Assembly (NCBI RefSeq): GCF_947497555.1
Contig: NZ_CANMGY010000002.1
Coordinates: forward strand, 239,080-303,079
Length of the DNA stretch: 64,000 bases
Origin: an uncultured Umboniibacter sp.
GTDB taxonomy: Bacteria; Pseudomonadota; Gammaproteobacteria; Pseudomonadales; DSM-25080
Direction of reading: 5' to 3'
The notes under the pieces: model-generated
Told to the model about the DNA's origin: nothing
Databases searched by the model: none
Seen by the model: only the letters and a program-made list of their open reading frames with translations
Program-made: the position numbers and the translations under genes
Part shown: positions 1-9,541 of the stretch, one piece after another
Position numbering within the stretch: the stretch's first letter is position 1
Layout of the letters: every line of letters begins with the position of its first letter

Positions 1-234
1 GGTGACCTCTCACTCACCGTGCATTCAAATATGCCCGCGGTACAGTGCTACGCCGGCGGAGGCTTAGCTGGAACCTTACTCGGTCGTAACCAGAGACTGG
101 AGAACTATGCGGCAGTGGCATTGGAACCTCAGTTTGCACCAAACTCACCGAACCAACCAAACTGGCCAACCTGTATATTTGGTCCTCAGCGCAGCTACCA
201 CCACCAAATACGCTACGAGTTCAGCGAAGCCTGA
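1..234 (+). CDS. galM: aldose 1-epimerase (galactose mutarotase), C-terminal fragment; 5' end lies outside the window
   Basis: Frame 1 is open from the window edge to the TGA at 232-234. The peptide ...AVALEPQFAPNSPNQPNWPTCIFGP... matches the conserved C-terminal block of mutarotases (E.Q.FPDSPN.P.FP). Confidence 0.65.
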   Translation, partial: GDLSLTVHSNMPAVQCYAGGGLAGTLLGRNQRLENYAAVALEPQFAPNSPNQPNWPTCIFGPQRSYHHQIRYEFSEA

Positions 235-285
235 TGTCATCGAATGAGGCAGCAGGCTAAGCCCACCGACTGTTCGCCTCGATAA

Positions 286-672
286 CTAGTTGGCTAAGGA
301 GTAATCGAACGCGTAGTTGTGGACGGCTTCCGCAATGTCGATAGTCATTTCTCCGGTAATCCCCACCAATTCTCCAGTGCCTGAATCCGGAACCACACTA
401 ATTCGTAGCGTGGATTCACCACGATTCATCAGCCCCTTGTGCAACAGGACGAAGGTGCCGAATTTATCTTCCACCGATCCTTCAAACAGCTCCATGGCGA
501 CATAGCCCGCGGAGCCCTCAACAGTGCTTCTAGAACTCAGCATCTGCCCTTTACCAATACCAGCCAAGTCACCTTTGTAGTGCTTATTGATCAGCATGCG
601 CCCCATTGCTGGTTCATCACCCTCACAGGGAGTGAGTGCCACATCGAAACTACCGGTTGCTAAATTACTCAT
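286..672 (-). CDS. DUF3224-like small protein
   Basis: 128 aa. The pattern TGSFDV.LTP...KGDL.G...GQML...G.AGYVA.E...G....G.FVL.H.G.M..G...L...VVPDSGTGEL.G..G...I.....H.Y.F.Y.L resembles the DUF3224 family as I remember it. Confidence 0.55.
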   Translation of the reverse strand: MSNLATGSFDVALTPCEGDEPAMGRMLINKHYKGDLAGIGKGQMLSSRSTVEGSAGYVAMELFEGSVEDKFGTFVLLHKGLMNRGESTLRISVVPDSGTGELVGITGEMTIDIAEAVHNYAFDYSLAN

Positions 673-806
673 GAAGGTCCTTCCTTTTGACTGACAATTA
701 CTCCTTTAAATATCGCAGTCATCACCAAATTACGCAATAGAGGTTGAACTGAAAGTTATGCCTTATTACTGTAGGACGGGTATTCACAGTAATTTGAGAA
801 ATCTCT

Positions 807-2330
807 ATGTACGATAATAATGACTTGCGCGATGTGAAGCAGCTGGGAATGTTTGCCTCAATCGCTAGCTTAAGCTACATCTTTTGGATTGTAGGCGGTA
901 TGGAGCTTATCGAGCGCGTGGCCTATTACGGCGTAAAAGCCAGCGCGGGACTCTACACTCAAGCCCCGGTATCTGAAGGCGGCCTGGGTATCACTCTGAC
1001 TCAGTACGGGATTATCGGCAGTATCTGGGCTATCACCCAAACTTTCGTGCCCGTTTTCTCCGGTGGTACCGCCGATCGCATGGGCTATAAGGAAACCATC
1101 GCGCTCTCTACGGTTATTAAGATTCTTGGCTATCTTGCCATGGCTATGTTCCCAACCTTCTGGGGATTCCTTGTTGGCGCCGTGTTACTAGCAACCGGTA
1201 CGGGTATCTTCAAACCCGGTATTCAGGGCACGCTGGTAATGGGGACCAAGCGCGAAAACAGCTCAATGGCTTGGGCACTGTTCTACCAAATCGTTAATAT
1301 TGGTGGTTTCCTCGGTCCATTGGTGGCAGTTTACATGCGCCAAATGTCCTGGGACTATGTGTTTTACGCGTGCGCCGCCATCATTTCACTCAACTTCTTA
1401 CTGCTCTTGATGTACAAGGAGCCCGGTAAAGAGGAGCGTCTAGCTCGGCAGGCAAAAGTGAAAAGTGGCGAAATCCAACAGGAGGCCCTGTGGAAAGATG
1501 CCTGGCAGGAGCTTAAAAAGCCGCTAGTCGTCAACTACATGCTGGTGTTCGCTGCGTTCTGGTTTTTGTTTTTTTCACTCTTCGATGTTCTACCAATTCA
1601 CATTAGTGAGTGGGTTGATACCTCGATTATCGTCAGCGACCTTTTTGGCGAAGGCGGAACCGATAACAGCTTTGCGATCTTCTTCCTTGGCATGAACGAG
1701 GAAGGCACGCGAATCATGCCTGAGGGTATGCTAAACCTCAACGCCGGCATGATCATGATCTTTTGCTTCCTAGTTGGCGCGATGGCAGCGAAAGTTCGGG
1801 TCACCACCGCCATGCTTGCAGGTTGTATTCTCAGTGTGCTCGCTATCGCCATGGTCGGGGCGTTCAACACCGCTTGGTTAGTCTTCATCGCCATTGCTAC
1901 CTTCTCGTTGGGTGAAATGATGATCAGTCCCAAAAAGAACGAGTTCATGGGGAATATCGCACCGGAAGGCAAAAAAGCCATGTACCTTGGTTTCGTAATG
2001 TTACCGCAAGGTATTGGCTGGGGGCTTGAGGGCTACTTCGGACCTAAACTCTACGAATGGTACGCCTCAAAGGAAGTTTTCTCACGGGAATTCCTCGTGG
2101 AACAGGGAATGACCGCCAATGACGTGGCTGCAATCCCTCATGGTGAAGCCTTTAGCCGAGCCGTTGAATTTAGTGGCCAAAGTGCCGATTCCCTTACCCA
2201 GTATTTCTATCAGCTGCACAACGTAGGAATGGCTTGGTATATTATTTCCGCCATCGGAATGATCTCGGCCGTAGGTATCTACATCTATGGCAAATGGCTG
2301 CTTCGCCTTAAAGAGCAAAACGCCATTTAG
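807..2330 (+). CDS. MFS transporter, POT/PTR2-like (proton-dependent oligopeptide transporter-like)
   Basis: 507 aa with many hydrophobic spans. ELIERVAYYGVKA resembles the POT ERFSYYG motif. GTGIFKPGIQGTL resembles G.G.FKPN.S. Confidence 0.7.
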   Translation: MYDNNDLRDVKQLGMFASIASLSYIFWIVGGMELIERVAYYGVKASAGLYTQAPVSEGGLGITLTQYGIIGSIWAITQTFVPVFSGGTADRMGYKETIALSTVIKILGYLAMAMFPTFWGFLVGAVLLATGTGIFKPGIQGTLVMGTKRENSSMAWALFYQIVNIGGFLGPLVAVYMRQMSWDYVFYACAAIISLNFLLLLMYKEPGKEERLARQAKVKSGEIQQEALWKDAWQELKKPLVVNYMLVFAAFWFLFFSLFDVLPIHISEWVDTSIIVSDLFGEGGTDNSFAIFFLGMNEEGTRIMPEGMLNLNAGMIMIFCFLVGAMAAKVRVTTAMLAGCILSVLAIAMVGAFNTAWLVFIAIATFSLGEMMISPKKNEFMGNIAPEGKKAMYLGFVMLPQGIGWGLEGYFGPKLYEWYASKEVFSREFLVEQGMTANDVAAIPHGEAFSRAVEFSGQSADSLTQYFYQLHNVGMAWYIISAIGMISAVGIYIYGKWLLRLKEQNAI

Positions 2331-2415
2331 TCCGGTTCAATAGCTCTGCTAGTTGTCAGTTTGAAGCTAGCCGAGCTATCTTAACACTCCTTGCGAGATA
2401 CGCTTCACTGCCACC

Positions 2416-2853
2416 TCAGCGCTGCTCAATCTGCTTCAACAGCGAAGCAAATCCCTTTGCGCCTTGCGACTCGAACAATGGTTCAAATAGTAGTTTCCCA
2501 AAAATTAAAATATCGATGTACCCTCTGGAGACCCAATCGACTTGTGTTTTATCGCCATCGGCACGAAGCGTTATCGATCCTTCTTGGTGCTTAAACGGAA
2601 GCGGCGTAGATTTCTCAATGAGGTAATCGATACGATTGGGCCGATCGAAGTGAGTGATGCGTTCGGTGAGTTTAACCGAGCCTAAATCGATTAACCGCAG
2701 TGCGCCCTCACCGTTGATTTCAGTATGGCCCTGCTCAAGTAATCGAGATTTTTTAATACCACGAAACGACTGATAGTTAGCGTGATCTGCCAGCAGGTCA
2801 AACACTTCGGTTATGGGCTTATTGAGCGTTTTTGTTACGTGGATGCCAAACAT
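2416..2853 (-). CDS. SRPBCC (START/polyketide-cyclase-like) family protein
   Basis: 145 aa. The N-terminal I..PI..VF.LLAD..NY..F pattern and overall size are typical of SRPBCC ligand-binding proteins. Confidence 0.55.
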   Translation of the reverse strand: MFGIHVTKTLNKPITEVFDLLADHANYQSFRGIKKSRLLEQGHTEINGEGALRLIDLGSVKLTERITHFDRPNRIDYLIEKSTPLPFKHQEGSITLRADGDKTQVDWVSRGYIDILIFGKLLFEPLFESQGAKGFASLLKQIEQR

Positions 2854-3054
2854 TAGACCACCTTTTTCTGTTTGATTAGCGTTTCAGAACGTTAGCATCA
2901 GGCGAAGCACCTGCACTAGCAAATTAACTTGGCGGATAAGGACCTGCTCAACTCAGAAGTTTCACCGTGCATTATGTGGCCCTTTCAGGTATGAATCTTC
3001 GGCCGCAACTGATCGCCCATTAATAACCCTCTACGCCGCTTTTCGACCAATTCC

Positions 3055-3180
3055 CTAAAGCGCTTTAGCGCTCGTTTTGTAGGTAAAACCGAAACCACCA
3101 TGACCGAGAACGGCGGTAATGTCGAGTACGACAAGGCGCGTGCCGATGGTTAAAAAACCAGCGGTATCTTAGTTACTCAT
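3055..3180 (-). pseudogene. possible decayed gene start: SD plus ATG, TAA at codon 4, then 37 sense codons with a kinase-like glycine loop
   Basis: The minus strand reads GAAGGAcgatATG AGT AAC TAA ... and encodes MSN*DTAGFLTIGTRLVVLDITAVLGHGGFGFTYKTSAKAL*. LGHGGFGFTYK resembles the Hanks-kinase subdomain I pattern LG.GGFG.VY. Confidence 0.25.
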
Positions 3181-3284
3181 ATCGTCCTTCAATAATTCCG
3201 TCTAATCAAGTTTAACTTGATTTTAAACGACCCAACGCTGGACTTATATTAATCCGCTAAATTGTAACGGCGATCTAACTATTT

Positions 3285-3334
3285 TAAAGGCTCGTTTTTC
3301 GCTTAACTCGCTTAACTAAAGGCTTGTTTTTCGC
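3285..3334. repeat. direct repeat TAAAGGCT(C/T)GTTTTTCGC (period 32) enclosing the tandem CGCTTAACT x2
   Basis: Copies lie at 3285-3302 and 3317-3334 with 17 of 18 identical bases. The tandem 9-mers lie at 3300-3308 and 3309-3317. Confidence 0.8.
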
Positions 3335-3498
3335 CCAATTAGCCCTCGATTCGTCTAGCAAGAATATAAGGCTCAATTCAACCTTATCTATAATCAACTC
3401 GCTTGAAATGGCTGACTACTCTCATCAATGCCAGCAGTAGAGATATAAATAAACCTAAAGAACGTAGATAAGACTTACCTGAACGACAAATAAACATC

Positions 3499-3532
3499 AA
3501 AAAAAAAGCCGCTGCGGGCAACCACAGCGGCT
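3499..3532 (-). terminator. rho-independent terminator of icd
   Basis: On the minus strand, stem AGCCGCTG/CAGCGGCT is followed by a 9-nt U-run (plus-strand A-run 3499-3507). It lies 38 nt downstream of the icd stop. Confidence 0.85.
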
Positions 3533-3569
3533 TTCTTTGGCCCGAACTACAGGGCTTTAGTAGAGCGGA

Positions 3570-5864
<2,295 letters not shown>

Positions 5865-6141
5865 TTATTGCGGCGAATAATAGCAAATTTGACCTTCATT
5901 TACCTAATGAACGGGTAGTAAAACTACATTTTTTTAAGAAATAGTGGTTATAAACTCTGCGGCGTAAAAAAGACCGTTCACTAATCAATCTTAAAAAGCC
6001 CGTAAGATCAGTGTGTTAAGACTAGCAGCACGCAAGAATACCTGCTGTTATAGTGGAAATTACCGTTGTCGGCTTACTACAAAAAAGGATATTCCTAGGC
6101 TACACAAATTTGTAATGGCTTCGCCCAGTGAAGGAACTAGT

Positions 6142-6522
6142 ATGAATCTCAATCAAGTTACTCTCGGCACCCGAGACCTAGCGAGCGCTAAACGTTTCTA
6201 CCAAACCCTCGGTTTAACACTGATTGTAGATACCGCTCACTATTTGCGGTTCGTAGCGCCTACTGGCGATGCCACCCTCTCAATTAGTTTAGACGCTAAC
6301 TTTGTTGCCAATGGTAATACCATTTATTTTGAAACCGAAGAATTAGTGAACGACGTAGATCGCCTGCAGCAAGCAGGCTTGGTGTTCGAACAGTTACCGA
6401 AGGATGAACCCTACCTCTGGACTGAAGCGATTCTCTTAGACCCAGCGGGTAATCGTATTAAGCTCTACTACGCTGGCGATAATCGCCTCAACCCGCCGTG
6501 GCGAGTCAATAATGGCAACTAG
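6142..6522 (+). CDS. VOC (glyoxalase/bleomycin-resistance/dioxygenase) family protein
   Basis: I trimmed the ORF-track start (GTG 6013) to ATG 6142, which has an AAGGAA 6 nt upstream. MNLNQVTLGTRDLASAKRFYQTLGL is a typical VOC N-terminus. Confidence 0.7.
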   Translation: MNLNQVTLGTRDLASAKRFYQTLGLTLIVDTAHYLRFVAPTGDATLSISLDANFVANGNTIYFETEELVNDVDRLQQAGLVFEQLPKDEPYLWTEAILLDPAGNRIKLYYAGDNRLNPPWRVNNGN

Positions 6523-6640
6523 GAGTAGGCGCGATGAGCCAAAGTTCAGTTCAACGGTTAAGGGCTATGCGCTCAGATCAAGAACCTGAGCGCTAAGTAT
6601 GAGAAATGTTGGCGCAGCAAATCCCTCTGCGGCCTAATGA

Positions 6641-7189
6641 TTAATGATTGATCGTCTTAACGTAGCGCACAACCGGCTCTGAATCCCCTGTCACGGGGCT
6701 GAGAAAACGTGTTTCGTTGCTAAAGGTCATCCCTAGCTTCTTCATCACACCAATTGACGCAGAGTTTTCTTTATCAGCAATGGCCATAAACTGCTTTAGT
6801 TCCGGGTTTAGCGGTGCTATTTCGGCAGCCAACGATGCTGCAGCCTCGGTTGCATAGCCTTTGCCCCACGTTGATTTGAAGAAACGCCAACCCAACTCAA
6901 GGCTGGTGTCGTCTCGCTGATCATCAAAAAAGCCTTCTGGGCGAACTAATACCCAGCCGAGATAGCTATCATCGTCTTTTAGACTAACGCGCCAAATCCC
7001 CCAACCTCTCATTGGTAGGGTATAAGCCATCATGCGCGGAATGAATAACGTCTCAATACGATCCATGGAACTTGTCTCACCTTTGGTAATGAATCGCATC
7101 ACTTCTGGATCTTGATCCAGCGCCCACAGTTCCTCACGATCGTCCGCGGTGAATAACCGATAGCTTAAGCGTTTGCTTGTGAGTTCCAT
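6641..7189 (-). CDS. GNAT family N-acetyltransferase (RimJ/RimL-like)
   Basis: Start moved to ATG 7189, which has an AGGAG upstream. L.YRLFT..D...L..L..DPEVMRF and W.KGYATEAA are typical GNAT acetyl-CoA-site motifs. Confidence 0.75.
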   Translation of the reverse strand: MELTSKRLSYRLFTADDREELWALDQDPEVMRFITKGETSSMDRIETLFIPRMMAYTLPMRGWGIWRVSLKDDDSYLGWVLVRPEGFFDDQRDDTSLELGWRFFKSTWGKGYATEAAASLAAEIAPLNPELKQFMAIADKENSASIGVMKKLGMTFSNETRFLSPVTGDSEPVVRYVKTINH

Positions 7190-7256
7190 TAAGCCTATTC
7201 TCCTTTGCCTAAATTCAGATAGTTCACTAAACCCGTGAGTGATCATCCACCCTGTT

Positions 7257-7802
7257 ATGACGGAGTTCATTGTGGCCCTAAAGCCTACCATATATAAGTT
7301 TAAGATTGCCCTGTCTAACCTAGACGAGAATTTTTTCGATCAGCTTGAACTTACCGTAGCGCAACATCCTTCCGAGACGCCGCAAAGAATGCTATGTCGA
7401 GTTCTTAGCTACGCCTTGTTTGCACATCGAAAAGTGAGTTTCACAAAGGGACTCAGTGATGTAGACGTTCCAGATCTTTGGTCAGTCAGCAACGATGATC
7501 GTCTGTTGCTTTGGATTGAAGTGGGCGAGCCCAGCCTCGATCGATTAAAACGTGCCCACAGAAAAGCGGAGGAAGCCGTGGTAGTGTGCTTTAAGGACCG
7601 CTCTAAGGGTTGGTGGGAAAGCCTAGAAGCCAAGACAACGGGGCTTAGCCTCACGGTACTTCAATTTAATGAATCAGCACTAGAATCCCTCTCAGGAGTG
7701 CTTGAGCGAACGACCGAGCTAAGCATCACGATCACTGAAAATACCTTCTATATTGCCACCAACGTCGAGCCGATCGAGTTTGAAATCCAGTCACTGAATT
7801 AA
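7257..7802 (+). CDS. yaeQ: YaeQ family protein
   Basis: ALKPTIYKFKIALSNLD....QLELTVAQHPSET..RML.RVL.YAL matches the YaeQ N-terminus (MALKATIYK...ARHPSET). The start could be ATG 7257 or GTG 7272. Confidence 0.8.
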   Translation: MTEFIVALKPTIYKFKIALSNLDENFFDQLELTVAQHPSETPQRMLCRVLSYALFAHRKVSFTKGLSDVDVPDLWSVSNDDRLLLWIEVGEPSLDRLKRAHRKAEEAVVVCFKDRSKGWWESLEAKTTGLSLTVLQFNESALESLSGVLERTTELSITITENTFYIATNVEPIEFEIQSLN

Positions 7803-7900
7803 TCCTCACAGACTCAGACCGAGGCGCATTACCATTAGCGCGTGCGCCTTCGGAGTCACTGAAACTAAGCTGCCCTGTTCGCTCTTTTGTTCCCAATAAA

Positions 7901-7921
7901 TGAGCCACAAGATGTGGCTCA
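7901..7921. terminator. hairpin between convergent yaeQ and the halogenase-like gene
   Basis: Stem TGAGCCACA/TGTGGCTCA. Only a weak T-rich tail follows on the minus strand (TTTATT). Confidence 0.4.
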
Positions 7922-7940
7922 TCATTACTACAGGAAACGT

Positions 7941-9452
7941 TTAATCCAAACGAGGCGCCGCGATGTGCTGCGCAATGAAATCCGCATGACTAGGCATCTG
8001 ATCAACGGTTTGTAGCAGGATTCGGCGAATATCTGCGCTATAGCCCTGCACTTGCTCTCGAGTAAGACTTTTGGCGATAGGATGGCAATCGTCAGGTACA
8101 ATATTTTGACCTAATAGAACCTGAACCCAACTCATCTGAGTAAATAGCTCATCGTCGTTGCGGAAAAAACGGCCATGACTTTGCCAGAGATCAAACTTGT
8201 GCTGCAAAGTATCTGGAATTGACATATTTCTGCAGTAATTCCAAAACTCGGAGTCGTCTCGCGTGGTCGCCTTGTAATGCAGTACGAGAAAGTCCCGAAT
8301 GGTGTCATATTCGAAATGAGTTCGCTGGTTGTACTCAGCAATGTCCGCAGCTGAAAAACTCCGTGTTGGGAACAAATCAATCAGCCGACTCAAAGCCGAT
8401 TGAACTAGATGGATACTAGTAGACTCCAACGGCTCCATAAACCCGCTTGCCAAACCCAGGGCGATACAGTTCTTCACCCAGAAGTTTTCCCGCTTACCGG
8501 TAGTAAAGCGCAATTGTTTAGGGTCCATCAACGGCTCAGCATCGAGGTTGCTCAACAGGATGTCGGTGGCTTCCGCATCGGTGATAAAATCACTCGAATA
8601 CACATGACCATTACCCACTCTGTGCTGCAGCGGGATTCGCCACTGCCAGCCCGCCTTCCTCGCCGTAGCTTTGGTGTAAGGCACCAAAGGCTGAGTACCT
8701 TTGGTTGGGACGGCTTGAGCGCTATTACAGGGCAACCAATGACTCCAGTCCACATAGGGGGTCTCTAGCGCATCACCTAGCAGCAGGCTTCTGAAGCCAG
8801 AGCAGTCAATGAATAAATCACCCTCAACTACCCGCCCATCTTCAAGCTGAACCCCAGTAATGAAACCTGAGTCTGCGTCCTTCAGGACGTGTTTGATATG
8901 CCCCTCGGTGCGTTTCACACCGAGTGGTTCTGAGTAGTTGCGTAAATATTTTGCGACCAGTGTGGCATCAAAGTGAAAGGCATAGCCCAAACCCAGCAGC
9001 CCGGTATTACCAATCTTTTCAACGGGTGCAAACTTATTGGCGCGCGCCGCAATATCGTTAAATGACGCGCCCCAAAAATTCTCAGTCAAGCCCAATTCCC
9101 TGCCGCGCAGCCACACCTGGTGATAATCCAGTACACCGAGACGACGACCGACGTCACCAAAGGTATGGATATAGGAATCACCGATTTTTCCCCAATCGTT
9201 GAATTCAATACCTAGCTTATAGGTTCCCTGAACCGCCTTCAAAAAATCCTGCTCAGATATCTGTAACGCATCCGTTAGATGGCGAATCTGCGGAATGGTT
9301 GCCTCACCAACACCAACCGTGCCAATCTGATCGGACTCCACCAGCTCTACGTTAACGAGTTTCCCCATCAACTTACCAAGCAGCGCGGCGGCCATCCACC
9401 CTGCGGTACCACCGCCAACAACAACAACTTTTTTAATTGAATTATCTACCAC
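7941..9452 (-). CDS. flavin-dependent halogenase homologue (tryptophan 7-halogenase family)
   Basis: 503 aa. It has the N-terminal FAD fold VVVVGGGTAGWMAA, GVGEATIP, a conserved lysine context TYKLGIEF, and the WxWxIP signature as GWQWRIP. Confidence 0.85.
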   Translation of the reverse strand: MVDNSIKKVVVVGGGTAGWMAAALLGKLMGKLVNVELVESDQIGTVGVGEATIPQIRHLTDALQISEQDFLKAVQGTYKLGIEFNDWGKIGDSYIHTFGDVGRRLGVLDYHQVWLRGRELGLTENFWGASFNDIAARANKFAPVEKIGNTGLLGLGYAFHFDATLVAKYLRNYSEPLGVKRTEGHIKHVLKDADSGFITGVQLEDGRVVEGDLFIDCSGFRSLLLGDALETPYVDWSHWLPCNSAQAVPTKGTQPLVPYTKATARKAGWQWRIPLQHRVGNGHVYSSDFITDAEATDILLSNLDAEPLMDPKQLRFTTGKRENFWVKNCIALGLASGFMEPLESTSIHLVQSALSRLIDLFPTRSFSAADIAEYNQRTHFEYDTIRDFLVLHYKATTRDDSEFWNYCRNMSIPDTLQHKFDLWQSHGRFFRNDDELFTQMSWVQVLLGQNIVPDDCHPIAKSLTREQVQGYSADIRRILLQTVDQMPSHADFIAQHIAAPRLD

Positions 9453-9482
9453 GAGCCGTCCTTATTATTCGACTTATGAACG

Positions 9483-9518
9483 AAAAAGACCCTCAACGAC
9501 GCAAGTCCTTGAGGGTCT
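9483..9518 (-). terminator. rho-independent terminator/attenuator between the TonB-dependent receptor and the halogenase-like gene
   Basis: On the minus strand, stem AGACCCTCAA/TTGAGGGTCT is followed by UUUUU. It lies 24 nt after the receptor stop. Confidence 0.7.
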
Positions 9519-9541
9519 AGCTTACGTTTTCTTAAACCCGA

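Noticed and set aside
765-793. Possible LexA/SOS box (CTGT...ACAG).
   Set aside because: The spacing between CTG and CAG is 15 nt, not the 10 nt of gammaproteobacterial SOS boxes.
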